This document shows positions 18,480-28,685 of a stretch of DNA of 32,000 nucleotides, piece by piece. This stretch comes from Promethearchaeota archaeon (GTDB lineage Archaea > Asgardarchaeota > Lokiarchaeia > Sigyniarchaeales > Promethearchaeaceae), in contig JAFGBS010000011.1 in assembly GCA_016933055.1 (NCBI GenBank), positions 22,632 to 54,631 on the forward strand, in the 5' to 3' direction. Positions within the stretch are counted from its first letter, which is position 1; each line of letters starts with the position of its first letter. Under the pieces are notes generated by a model, which worked only from the letters and a program-made list of their open reading frames with translations, was not told where the DNA came from and ran no database searches. Both the position numbers and the translations under genes were made by a program.

Positions 18480-18531
18480 GGTAATATTTTATTTTCAGCT
18501 TATTCATAGGTGAACTATAAAAAATGGGATT

Positions 18532-20022
18532 TCATCCCACGAAATACATAATTAAGAAAAATATGTAAAATAAAATCGCTAATATTATCAAAATCAATTC
18601 AAATATCGACATTCTATAACGGCTAGGTAATAATATATAATTAACTCCTATTGTACCCAAACAGAAAATAATCCCACCAATATTGGCAAGGGATCCTGCA
18701 AGCTGCACTTGTTCTACTGGTGCTACTCCGAATGCTATTACCGCAATCCATATTATGGTTAGAAGTGCTAATAAACCATAATATAGTCGACGAACATCTT
18801 TTTTCAGTAATTTTGAGGATTGTAATTTTGGATATGCATTCCATAACATATTTGTATAGTTCCGAACGGCTCCATCAATCACCCCCGAACCATCTACGTA
18901 AAAGATACCGGCCATAATCACGAGAATTAACCACCATGGGATGAAAGCAGGCATGTTTTGGGCAAGAACAGCAGTAAAACCGAATATTTGATCGGTTGCT
19001 GCTTCAGCAGGGACAAATTGCTCATATAATGCTACTGGGAATATCATAGTTACAATTGAACCTAAGAAAAAGATTGGGAACAACTCAGCCATAATATATC
19101 GATACCATTTTTTTGCTCGCTTATGGTTCACTTCATCATCTTTGGGCATATACCCCATTGTTTTAAACTCTATTTTCTCGCCCCCAGCTCCTCCAATATG
19201 CCCCATTCGTTTCGCCATACCCCATTCTGAATCTCGATAATATGTTGATATGGATAATCCAGCAGAAGCGGCCAGTCCTGCAAAACCTGCAACTGCTCCG
19301 AGTGCTTGCCAGTCTGGATCAGAAGGGACACTGCCGAACATAAACAAACCTTTGGTAACGTTCCATAAAGTAATCGGTTCCACGGTGATGATAGTGATAA
19401 TGATGATTGCTGGGATAATAATGATGAAATGTACAATAAAGAACATCAATCCCAAGGTTTTCATGATTTTCTTTCCGAGTATAAGGGGAAGCAATGTGAT
19501 AAGGAGAGCAATAATTCCCATAATCACCCAAAGGGTCAAATTTGCCTCCACTGTCGGAACATCTTTAATTATTAGAGCTACAAAAGTCATTCCCAGAAGT
19601 GCAGGATAATATGGGATTACTACCGAAGGTATACCCACCAATACCCATATAGGCGTCCATGCTTTCTTATTCATGAATAACCGATTCATCCCAACTTGCA
19701 CAGGCTCTCCTGTTAAGATAGTATATTTACTTCCAATGATGGCTGTATAGGTTTGAATTAAAATGGAAAACAAGGCGATCCATAAGATATTCGGACCATT
19801 CTTGACTACCAAAAAAGGAGCTGCTACTATTTCTCCCGTTCCTAACCCTAATCCCATAGCAATGATACCTGGTCCGATAAGGAATTTAAAATAATCTCTG
19901 ATTCCTTTCAATTTAAAGGGTTCTGGGATATCCACCGTGTCCGTAAACTTCTTATTCGTTCGAAATAATTTTTCTTTTTCTACAGGAGGATTAGCTGGTT
20001 CGTTTTCGTTCATAAGTGACAC
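18532..20022 (-). CDS. Nramp-like / APC-superfamily secondary transporter (YcsG-like), substrate unknown
   Basis: About 11 TM segments; N-terminal IGPGIIAMGLGLGTGE motif; GTG start at 20022 (alternative ATG 20013). Confidence 0.8.
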   Translation of the reverse strand: MSLMNENEPANPPVEKEKLFRTNKKFTDTVDIPEPFKLKGIRDYFKFLIGPGIIAMGLGLGTGEIVAAPFLVVKNGPNILWIALFSILIQTYTAIIGSKYTILTGEPVQVGMNRLFMNKKAWTPIWVLVGIPSVVIPYYPALLGMTFVALIIKDVPTVEANLTLWVIMGIIALLITLLPLILGKKIMKTLGLMFFIVHFIIIIPAIIIITIITVEPITLWNVTKGLFMFGSVPSDPDWQALGAVAGFAGLAASAGLSISTYYRDSEWGMAKRMGHIGGAGGEKIEFKTMGYMPKDDEVNHKRAKKWYRYIMAELFPIFFLGSIVTMIFPVALYEQFVPAEAATDQIFGFTAVLAQNMPAFIPWWLILVIMAGIFYVDGSGVIDGAVRNYTNMLWNAYPKLQSSKLLKKDVRRLYYGLLALLTIIWIAVIAFGVAPVEQVQLAGSLANIGGIIFCLGTIGVNYILLPSRYRMSIFELILIILAILFYIFFLIMYFVG

Positions 20023-20050
20023 ACCTTAGTGTTTAAGTTGGTTGTATGAG

Positions 20051-20091
20051 TTTATAAAGGTTTTCAAAATTCGACCATTCAAAATTTGAAT
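20051..20091. promoter_or_regulatory. TATA box (TTTATAAA 20051-20058) for the leftward operon plus two adjacent 15-bp operator-like sites
   Basis: ATTCAAA-A-TTTGAAT perfect palindrome at 20077-20091, and an 11/15 copy at 20062-20076. Confidence 0.55.
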
Positions 20092-20146
20092 AAACATAAA
20101 TAGGACGACATTAAAAAAATACCTATACTCAGAAGAATAGTTCGAG

Positions 20147-20737
20147 ATGGTATTCATTAAGCAAAAAACACTTGCAGAATTATTTTTGGATCTTGATAAT
20201 GACCCTATCCTAGTTCAACTGGCTCTGGCAATTAATAAATTCCAAGGAATTACTGCCAATCGTTTGAAAAAGATTTTCTTTTTTTCTGGTAATAAAATCT
20301 ACTACTACTTATCCAAATTAGAGAAAAAAAAAATCATCTATAGTGAAGAGGAAAAAATAAAACGTAATTTCATCCAAAAAAAATACTATGCCAAATTACA
20401 ATATGAAGACCAAGGAAATTTTCTGGAGAGTTTTAGAAACGCAGAGAAAAAAGAGCATATGATCCTTAGACTCAGTATGATGTGTTCACTATTGCAAAGA
20501 CAAATAAATCAAATCCAAAAATTGAGCCAAGAGGAATATGAACAAAGGAAGGGAGAGATTTCCCAAATGTCGGAATTATATACAATCAGAGGGAAATTAA
20601 GCCCTAAACTAAAGAAACTCTTTACAGAACTGCAAGAGACTTTAAAGGAAGAATCTCTTACAGCTTTTGGTTCCAATCTTGAAGCAAGATTGCAAGCAGA
20701 CCATATTGGATATTTTGGATTTCTTCCTATGTATTGA
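20147..20737 (+). CDS. Winged helix-turn-helix (ArsR-like) transcriptional regulator
   Basis: ITANRLKK...NKIYYYLSKLEKKKIIY...KRNFIQKKYYA (HTH plus wing); divergent from the transporter operon. Confidence 0.75.
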   Translation: MVFIKQKTLAELFLDLDNDPILVQLALAINKFQGITANRLKKIFFFSGNKIYYYLSKLEKKKIIYSEEEKIKRNFIQKKYYAKLQYEDQGNFLESFRNAEKKEHMILRLSMMCSLLQRQINQIQKLSQEEYEQRKGEISQMSELYTIRGKLSPKLKKLFTELQETLKEESLTAFGSNLEARLQADHIGYFGFLPMY

Positions 20738-20744
20738 ATAATCC

Positions 20745-20774
20745 GTTCAAATTTTTAACATTCAAAAATATAAT
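20745..20774. promoter_or_regulatory. Second pair of adjacent 15-bp operator-like sites, upstream of the DUF3604 gene
   Basis: GTTCAAA-T-TTTTAAC and ATTCAAAAATATAAT; 11/15 and 12/15 matches to the 20077-20091 palindrome. Confidence 0.4.
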
Positions 20775-20806
20775 ATTAAAAAAGACCAATCGCAAATTAA
20801 TATTTC

Positions 20807-22954
20807 ATGATGGAAGAACCCCCTAAAAGCGTATCAAAAATTAAATCCATTTTAATTATTATTCTCAAATCAATGGGTTATCTTATTGGAATTTGCATGA
20901 TGATGCCTTATTTCTATAACATTGTTGCAGTTCTCATAGGATTAGCGTATTTTATTACATTTACGAAGAAATGGCGGCTTAGTGGATTTATGCTCGTACT
21001 TGCTACTGCACTGGGAACCAATGCTCCGCAACGTGGGTTTGTAGAAATAACCGGAATCTATCCATTAATGTTAGTATTTTATACAAGCTTCGGTTTTATC
21101 GGAATTTACTTGATTTGTTTATTACTATGGGGGATTTTTAGTCGAGTTAAATCCATTAAATCTTGGATTGAATCAATTGAAGAAAATTTGTCTCGGAAAT
21201 GGAGGATTTCTTCAAAGTTAAAAACCATACTATTGATAGGAGTTATAAGCGCACCTACGTTATTTTATGGATCAATTAGCATCCATTTTGGAGTGATGTT
21301 TGATAACAAACCCCAATTATTATGGGTTCATGCACCTACTACTACTCAACCAGGTACACCCTTTACAGTAACTGTGCAATCTTGGGATAAATTCGAAAGA
21401 GTATCCGCTCAATATAAAGGCACAGTATCATTTTCTCTGGAATCTTATAATATTACCACTCAGAACTTAATTTCCACTCCAATTGCTAGCCTTCCATCCA
21501 GTTATGCTTTTTCAGGGATAAATTGTCCCTCGGGAACGGCTTATTTACTTGAAAATGGAAAAGACAATGGAATACATCAATTTAGTATGAGTATATCCAC
21601 TGAGGGAATTCATTATCTTAAGGTTTCAGATACCACAACTAATAATGTGTATTATAGTAACCCAATAGTGGTGCGTCATACTGGTCCACAAATCTATTGG
21701 GGAGATATTCATTCTCATTCCATCTATTCAGATGGTAGTGGCACCCCATCACATGCGTTGCTTTACGCAGAGCAAGTTGCATGTCTAGATTTTTTTGCCT
21801 TAACAGAGCACGGGGAACTTATTACTTTGGGGAATTCTTGGTTTAAGAATTATAAAGAAGTCATGATTGCAGCTAATAAACCGGGTGAGTTTGTCACTTT
21901 CCTGGGAATGGAATATACGAACCACAAAACGGGACACATTACATGTATCTTTGATAGTGAGGAATTGCCATACCAACCCATGGTCACATCGAAAGGTATA
22001 GACACTCCGTTTGAACTCTGGGATCTTTTAGATAATTTCACGCTCTATACTGGCTCTCGTGCTTTAGCGTTACCTCATCATACCGTGAAGGAACGATATA
22101 TGCAAGACTGGACATATTATAATCCTAAATATGTAAAAATTGCAGAAGTGACCTCCACTCATGGAGATTGTTTATATGATCAACACCATCCACTAAGTTA
22201 TCGTGGAGCTACCGTTGCACCCCCAGTTGGCACTCGGGGTGCATCAATTACAGATGCATTGCAAATGGGAATAAATTTAACCTTATATGCATCTTCAGAT
22301 GGGCATGACGGTCATCCAGGTCATACATTATCTCATACTAAAGTGCGGGTCGCGCATCAACAACCTTTAACTCCATGGTGGACCAGAATTGATAAACCCT
22401 ATCCGGGAGGAATCACAGCCGTATATAGCTCAAGTTTAACTCGCTCTACTGTTTTCGATCAACTACAAGATTGTAGTATCTACGCGAATTCCGAGCATGG
22501 ACGACCTTATCTTGATTTTGCAATTAATGGAAGAAGAATAGGGGGTAATTCGACCTTGAAAGTTGTAGATGCAAGCACACCACGAAATATTACCATATGG
22601 ATTGCGCAAGATGGTGCACCAGCAAGCAGTTTGAATAAAGCAGCAAGTGTAACAGCAAGTTGGATTCCTAATTGGAATGCGGAAGTTGAAATTTTAAAAA
22701 ATGGAGTTCTCTTAACCAGTATACCAATTACTACTCCCTATGAGCAAGTAGAGTATCAAGATTTAACAAATATTACGGGAACATCTTATGACTACTGTGT
22801 GGAGATTGATGGAGAGTATTACTTAAATGAATACAGTGACAATGCGGTAGATCCTACCAGTCTAAATACCGATGGAAGAGATTTTTATATAATTCGAATA
22901 GTGGGAGAAAATGGTAGACATTCCTATATCGGCCCTTTATGGGTAACCTTCTGA
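20807..22954 (+). CDS. Membrane-anchored DUF3604 / CehA-McbA-like PHP-fold metallohydrolase
   Basis: N-terminal TMs, an Ig-like segment, then WGDIHSHSIYSDG, LTEH, GMEY, LPHH, EVTSTHG, ASSDGH metal-binding motifs. Confidence 0.85.
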   Translation: MMEEPPKSVSKIKSILIIILKSMGYLIGICMMMPYFYNIVAVLIGLAYFITFTKKWRLSGFMLVLATALGTNAPQRGFVEITGIYPLMLVFYTSFGFIGIYLICLLLWGIFSRVKSIKSWIESIEENLSRKWRISSKLKTILLIGVISAPTLFYGSISIHFGVMFDNKPQLLWVHAPTTTQPGTPFTVTVQSWDKFERVSAQYKGTVSFSLESYNITTQNLISTPIASLPSSYAFSGINCPSGTAYLLENGKDNGIHQFSMSISTEGIHYLKVSDTTTNNVYYSNPIVVRHTGPQIYWGDIHSHSIYSDGSGTPSHALLYAEQVACLDFFALTEHGELITLGNSWFKNYKEVMIAANKPGEFVTFLGMEYTNHKTGHITCIFDSEELPYQPMVTSKGIDTPFELWDLLDNFTLYTGSRALALPHHTVKERYMQDWTYYNPKYVKIAEVTSTHGDCLYDQHHPLSYRGATVAPPVGTRGASITDALQMGINLTLYASSDGHDGHPGHTLSHTKVRVAHQQPLTPWWTRIDKPYPGGITAVYSSSLTRSTVFDQLQDCSIYANSEHGRPYLDFAINGRRIGGNSTLKVVDASTPRNITIWIAQDGAPASSLNKAASVTASWIPNWNAEVEILKNGVLLTSIPITTPYEQVEYQDLTNITGTSYDYCVEIDGEYYLNEYSDNAVDPTSLNTDGRDFYIIRIVGENGRHSYIGPLWVTF

Positions 22955-23652
22955 AGATTCAGTTCTCTCTATTTTTTTATTTATATTTCAACACCTATTC
23001 TGTCCTATCCAACGATTAAGTAAGCGTTTTAATGTACTATTATCGAAAAATAGCATGGAATGTATAAACCACAGAAAATATAGCAATCTATCGCAAATTT
23101 ATATCCGAACAGCGAATAGTACTTAAGGAAAAAGTGCATGAGGATATCATGGATAAAATCTCGTATTTATAGAGCCAAAAATGGCCACATTCGAACAAAT
23201 CCGACCGTACTAAATAGTATATCACGGGATAGAATTATGAAAAGAAAGGTCAAAATTACCATAATTTCCCTTGCAAGCATCTTAGTTTTTTTGTTATTCT
23301 GATTTTTATAGGTGGAGGTTTTGCGGGTATACACCATTAATTTCAATTTAGTGTATTTTTCAAACACTTATATATCTCTTTTTTAATTATTTTTCCAGTC
23401 TCAAGACTAAAAGAAAACTGATTTTGGACTATCTCTGGGTATGGCAAAACTTTAGTGGAGTTCATTTATGCTATCAAAACTAACGTAACTCATATCTTTT
23501 TTGAAAAGTATTAATCAAAACGGAGAATTGATGACTTTTACTTTGTAAATCAGTTCTCCATTAAGATATTAGCCATTCACAAGGTTGGGCGTAGACGCTG
23601 AAATCTCGTCTATTTTTCACCCTTCTCTTTTTTATTATAAAAATTTATAAAT

Positions 23653-24915
23653 TTATTTCCAATTAAGCGGATATTTTCCATATTTCGCAATCGCATGAAC
23701 CGTTCGTTCAACATTGACAAGAGGAGTATCTAAGAGGTCATGTGCTGGTCCTGGAATATATCCTCCCTCCATAGTTTCCCCGTCTAACGTTGTTGCGGCA
23801 ATAATTTGGCTTTTTACATGAGCTTCCATTTCATCAGGAGTGCCAAATGTCATTACTCTGCTACTATCTATACCCCCAATCAAACACAACTTATCCCTAA
23901 CTTTGGCTCTAATTCGAGCCAGATCATTTCCTGCGGGAACTTCTAAACTTTGGAGTCCATCCAGTCGGGCTTTCATTAGTAAATCGAGAAATTCCTCGAT
24001 AAAACCACAAGAGTGCATCCAAATGATCGCTCCATGCTTGTGGGCTAAATCGCAGCGACTTTTTAACGCAGGGTAAAAGAATTCTTCATACATTTTAGGT
24101 GAAATCAATCCTCTTCCCTTTTGACCGAGATCATCCCCTGTATCGATTATTTTAAAACCTGCTTCCAGAGCAGCTTTCTCCATTAAAATACACACTTTTT
24201 CATACTTCTTGCAAATATCTCGTAAAACATTAGGCTTCTTGCGCGACAATTTTGCGATGGTGCTTGGACCGAATCCTCCAAAAATTGCTTCAAAATGATT
24301 TGTCACATTACCGGTCAATGCATAAGGTTTTCCCTTTCTTTTATTATACGCTAATACTGTTTTAGCCAATTTTATCAAATTGCTTTTTGGATTAAATTCT
24401 TGCTCCCAAAGTGCACAATCAAATTCATTATAAAATGCCTCAAATTTCTCTAATGCATCTGGACCACTGAAAAAAGGTTTGTAATACCAATCATATTTAT
24501 GAAGTCGCTCACCTTTTTCTCCTAATTGATGGCCGGAACTCATCACACTACCCCGATAGGTGATTCTATATCTTTTCTTACTTTTTGGAAGGGTTTTAGC
24601 TTCCTCTTTCGAATAGAAATTATCGGTTTCAGGATTATAATACACGGTCGGAAATTCACACTCGGGATTCCATGCAGGGATAGGTAAATAACCGGAGGTT
24701 CCCCGTGATAACCAATTTCGCGAATAAAGTAATCCCAATACAAAATTTCTTCTCGATTCTTTCAAATATTTAATTAAGTGTTTTTTTTTGTATTCTTTAA
24801 ATTCCTTGAAAAACAATCCCGATCTTTCAATACTGAACCAACAAGATGGCATGCGATCCACTTCTTCGCATCGGAGGGCAGAAATAAATCTTTCTTCCCC
24901 ATTCATTTCTTTCAT
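23653..24915 (-). CDS. Uroporphyrinogen decarboxylase (URO-D)/MtaA-CmuA-like family protein
   Basis: ERFISAL..EEVDRMP, GDDLG....LISPKMYEEFFYP, MHSCG, IGGID, YIPGPAH; start ATG at 24915 or 24906. Confidence 0.88.
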   Translation of the reverse strand: MKEMNGEERFISALRCEEVDRMPSCWFSIERSGLFFKEFKEYKKKHLIKYLKESRRNFVLGLLYSRNWLSRGTSGYLPIPAWNPECEFPTVYYNPETDNFYSKEEAKTLPKSKKRYRITYRGSVMSSGHQLGEKGERLHKYDWYYKPFFSGPDALEKFEAFYNEFDCALWEQEFNPKSNLIKLAKTVLAYNKRKGKPYALTGNVTNHFEAIFGGFGPSTIAKLSRKKPNVLRDICKKYEKVCILMEKAALEAGFKIIDTGDDLGQKGRGLISPKMYEEFFYPALKSRCDLAHKHGAIIWMHSCGFIEEFLDLLMKARLDGLQSLEVPAGNDLARIRAKVRDKLCLIGGIDSSRVMTFGTPDEMEAHVKSQIIAATTLDGETMEGGYIPGPAHDLLDTPLVNVERTVHAIAKYGKYPLNWK

Positions 24916-25080
24916 AGAATTGATTCGGATTAACAAAATATAAAGATTTGATGCAGTAATTTTTGTAAATTAATCCAATTATTTCTGCAGAAGAACCTAT
25001 GGATGTTTCATTTTTTAGTTTATCTCATATCTTAGATAGAATTCTTAATTTATAAAAATCGAGATCCCGAGAGAGGCAGG

Positions 25081-25257
25081 GTGACTTGTCATGCATTTCT
25101 GTGCAAAGAAGAGGATTGGAGTAAACTAAAAGATAAATCTGTAGATGTGGAATCAATAATTCTAAAAAATATAGAAGAAGCCAATGAAGACAGTTTAGCT
25201 TTCGACCATAACCATATTCTCAAAAAAGCTCTAAAAAAATACAACAGAATCGGGTAA
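25081..25257 (+). CDS. Possible small protein or gene fragment (58 aa)
   Basis: GTG start after purine-rich GAGAGGCAGG; MTCHAFLCKEEDWSKLKDKSVDVESIILKNIEEANEDSLAFDHNHILKKALKKYNRIG looks helical and protein-like. Confidence 0.35.
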   Translation: MTCHAFLCKEEDWSKLKDKSVDVESIILKNIEEANEDSLAFDHNHILKKALKKYNRIG

Positions 25258-25632
25258 ATCGGTAGCAAGGATTTTACGAATTGATGCTCCACTTGTGGAG
25301 TTGGTTTTCTAGATTTCTGATTCTGAATATTTCAGCTTATTTAATATTAAGTATACTAAGAAAATTAGGCTTATTCCCAAGAAAAGGATTAAATAACTCC
25401 TAGAGTGTGAACGTGGACTAAGAATAGAAACCCAACTAGTGGAGTTGAGTACTGTGTGATGTCATTGTTTTCTGTATCGCATGAGTCTGAAGAAAAAATC
25501 ACTCGGACATGACCGTAACCCACATTAAATTCGACAAATGTTCATTCTTCTATCAAGGATATGAATGCTGTTACGAAAATCACCCATCTATTAGATATTG
25601 ACTAGAGAAATTTTAATTATAAGTTTAGTTCC

Positions 25633-25962
25633 ATGCCAAACATGAGCGGAAAAAATACGTTTTCCAGGTTTAATTTAATTGGTATTCTATCTCTTGCATC
25701 ATGCATAATTGGTATTGTGTTTTTTATTCTATTCGATAGAGGTATTATGTTTGAATTTGAGAATAGTCATGTATTTTATTTGTTATTTATCATTTGTACG
25801 CCATTTCTTAGATTGTTATCCTTTATTTTGGGAATAATCGGACTCGTCGTAGGCAAAAAGAAAGATTTAGAGAATTTTAGCTCGATACCCGGTTTAATTT
25901 TTCTACCTGGATTGATAATTTATATAATCTATGCGCTTTCAAATTTTTCTATGACCCTATAA
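25633..25962 (+). CDS. Small 3-TM membrane protein
   Basis: Three hydrophobic helices, with a GKKKD loop before the last. Confidence 0.65.
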   Translation: MPNMSGKNTFSRFNLIGILSLASCIIGIVFFILFDRGIMFEFENSHVFYLLFIICTPFLRLLSFILGIIGLVVGKKKDLENFSSIPGLIFLPGLIIYIIYALSNFSMTL

Positions 25963-26129
25963 TTTATACTAATAGTACTTCTGATGTTTAGTATGGGGCT
26001 AGTGGTAGCAGCAGGCATCAATCTTTGTTCATATTTCCAATTCATGCGATAAAAAAGAATGGAATTCACAAACAAGTAATCCCAAAGGAGCTTTTGCTCA
26101 TACATAGTTTTTTCAAGGGGAAAATTTCA

Positions 26130-28685
26130 TTATTTTTTTTCTCCTTCTTCATCAGACTCATATTTTCCGATTATTCGATTGTTTTTGATTTCTACATCTA
26201 ATTTCACGTCATTCACCGTGATAGAGTCAATTTTGAAATCTATGGGAATTTCAACACGTCGAATATTGATGTCTTTTAGCGTTGTTGATATTCTTAGCTC
26301 AGAACCAACTATTTCTGCTGAAATAGCACATGACCAGTCGTCATCAATAATGTGATAATTAGATATTTGATTTTTCGCGGTCGGAATAACTAGTAAAGTC
26401 AATGGATTCGTCATTTGCATTTGTTTCGTATGTTGTACGACGTCACCCAATGGTAAAATTGAACCTCCTTTAATGAAAAACGGGATTCTTTCAATAGGAC
26501 ATTCATACTCAATCCACTTTTTCCCTTCTATTTTTTCTAAAGACCAATAGTCAAACCAGTCTCCCTTTGGAAAGTAGATTTTTCGAGTATCCTCTCGAGT
26601 AATAATTGGAGCGATGAGTAAATTTCGCCCGAACAAATATTCATCTTCGATGTTGTACACATTTGGATCTTCTATATACTCTAAAACTAAGGATTTCATC
26701 ATAGGTAATCCTTTACTAGCACAGATTTGTGACTCAGTGTAAATATAGGGGATAAGCTTGTATCGTAAATTTAACATATCCCGTGTAATTTTTTGTGTTT
26801 CTTCATTGTAATTCCAGGGTTCCCTAAACCGTGGAGGATTTCCATGAAATCGGATGTGACTATTAAAGATACTAAATTCGGTCCAACGAATGTAGAGTTT
26901 GTCTGAGGGAGAGAATATAAAACCCCCAACATCCTGGCTCCAAAACGTAAATCCACACATTCCCAGACTTAACCCTGATCTTAAAACATTTGGGAGTTCT
27001 TCAAAATGGGATGAGGAATCTCCGGACCAATGGAGAGGATACCTCTGACTTCCCGCGTAACCACTTCGTGCCCAAATAATTCCTTTCCCAAAGAAATCCT
27101 TGGTTACTTCGAAAGCAGCTTTTTGGTAAAGTAATGAGAAAAGATTATGCATTTTTCGTCCATCTCCTTCTTGAAATTTCATGTGAGATTCAATTTGTTC
27201 CCCAAAATCAATCTTTATCACATCAGCCCCTATCTCAAATAGATTACGTAACTTGCCTTGATACCACTCTACAGCCTTTGGATTACTAAAATCAAGCACG
27301 GAGGAAGGATTTGTTAAGAAAATAAAAGGACCTCGGTTTTTTGCTAGCAATCCTAATTTTTTTGCTTCTTTATATTCAGGCAGCAACTTCATTATATACG
27401 GCATTTGCCATAATGATAACCGAAAGCCCATTTCGTGGAGTTTTTTACACATCTCTTTAGGATCAGGAAATTTCTTTTCATCAAACTTCCAATCACAACA
27501 CCAGTCTTTCTTAAACCAATTAGTGTCAATGCAAATCACATCAAATGGATATTCTTCTTCACGAAGTCGTTGGGCTGTAGATAATACCTCATCTTGCTGT
27601 AAATAACTGATACGACTCATCCAAGTCCCGAATGACCATTTTGGAGGTTTATTAGCTTTACCAGTTAATTCTGTATAGTTGTGTAATACATGTTTAAGAT
27701 CAGGACCGTAGAAGAAATAATAATCAATTAAATCCCCTTCCACAGCAATGAAGTTTCGATTGTATTCACGCGAACCCACCCAATACGTAATAGGTTTAGA
27801 TTCATTGAAAAATACCCCATATCCCCGAGTGGAGAGGAAGAACGGAATACATTTGTATGTTCGCCCCGTACTGTTTCCATATCCCTCCCAATTCCATAAA
27901 CTAATAGTCTGTCCAATCTTGTTAAGAGAGGAGAATCGTTCGCCTAAACCGTAAATAGCTTCACCAGGATAAAGTGTGAATGACTCTGTCCCAAATAATC
28001 GTTTTCCTCGTTTTATCTTAACGAATCCCAACGGTAGGGAATCTGTGGCATAGGGGAAATCATTACTAGAATATCCAGAAGATTCTGTGATCAATTTCCC
28101 CTCGAGATTAAAGACATCAATTCGGAAATCGTCATTGTAAAGCCTAAGCAGTAGTTTCGTTGATTTTAGCTGAAAATACTCATCTGATTCAGAAAAATCA
28201 ATAGATAATGTGGAATCACTAATATCTCCTTGAATCATCTGTGTTTTATGTTCTGGTATTTCTTCACCCATTGTGCACGTGACACGATACGCATCAGTTC
28301 GCAGAAAATGGATTTGTAGCAACAATTTTGAGGGTTTTGCGTTTGTTGAAAAACTTGGATACTGATTCCTTGTATACTCATCATCTGGTATGCGTCTCTG
28401 GAGGAAAATGTTATGTCCTATGCACTCGAAAAGAAATTTGTTATTATCTCTTGAAAGGAACTTAAGCATTCGAATGGAATAGCTTTTTTTCCCAAGTAGT
28501 TTCTTGGCTACTCCAAAGAGAGATCCCAATGGAGTGCCATTCATATCCAAAGGATGATCGGTTAAACCATAGGAAATATTGGGTTCTGCATACTCATTAA
28601 TGCGTTTTTTAAATGTGAACGGGTATTTAATTCGATTTTTTACGTATTCCCATAGACTTCCTGCAATATTCATTTTTAGGGGCAT
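26130..28685 (-). CDS. Glycoside hydrolase family 31, YicI-like alpha-xylosidase type, cytoplasmic
   Basis: YGLGE, YKCIPFFLS, IKIDFGE (nucleophile Asp), QRYPLHWSGD (acid/base Asp), RFHG, YLFGRNLLIAP; no signal peptide. Confidence 0.92.
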   Translation of the reverse strand: MPLKMNIAGSLWEYVKNRIKYPFTFKKRINEYAEPNISYGLTDHPLDMNGTPLGSLFGVAKKLLGKKSYSIRMLKFLSRDNNKFLFECIGHNIFLQRRIPDDEYTRNQYPSFSTNAKPSKLLLQIHFLRTDAYRVTCTMGEEIPEHKTQMIQGDISDSTLSIDFSESDEYFQLKSTKLLLRLYNDDFRIDVFNLEGKLITESSGYSSNDFPYATDSLPLGFVKIKRGKRLFGTESFTLYPGEAIYGLGERFSSLNKIGQTISLWNWEGYGNSTGRTYKCIPFFLSTRGYGVFFNESKPITYWVGSREYNRNFIAVEGDLIDYYFFYGPDLKHVLHNYTELTGKANKPPKWSFGTWMSRISYLQQDEVLSTAQRLREEEYPFDVICIDTNWFKKDWCCDWKFDEKKFPDPKEMCKKLHEMGFRLSLWQMPYIMKLLPEYKEAKKLGLLAKNRGPFIFLTNPSSVLDFSNPKAVEWYQGKLRNLFEIGADVIKIDFGEQIESHMKFQEGDGRKMHNLFSLLYQKAAFEVTKDFFGKGIIWARSGYAGSQRYPLHWSGDSSSHFEELPNVLRSGLSLGMCGFTFWSQDVGGFIFSPSDKLYIRWTEFSIFNSHIRFHGNPPRFREPWNYNEETQKITRDMLNLRYKLIPYIYTESQICASKGLPMMKSLVLEYIEDPNVYNIEDEYLFGRNLLIAPIITREDTRKIYFPKGDWFDYWSLEKIEGKKWIEYECPIERIPFFIKGGSILPLGDVVQHTKQMQMTNPLTLLVIPTAKNQISNYHIIDDDWSCAISAEIVGSELRISTTLKDINIRRVEIPIDFKIDSITVNDVKLDVEIKNNRIIGKYESDEEGEKK

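Noticed and set aside
14723-19609. Short alternative-frame and antisense ORFs within aor, the KARI genes and the transporter
   Set aside because: They overlap strongly supported genes and have no motifs
23167-23367. 66-aa minus-strand ORF with a hydrophobic stretch
   Set aside because: Low-complexity AT-rich composition, no motif; cannot be supported
26130-28685. Sulfoquinovosidase call for the GH31
   Set aside because: The nucleophile motif is IKIDFGE (YicI-like KxDFGE) rather than the MADFGE type
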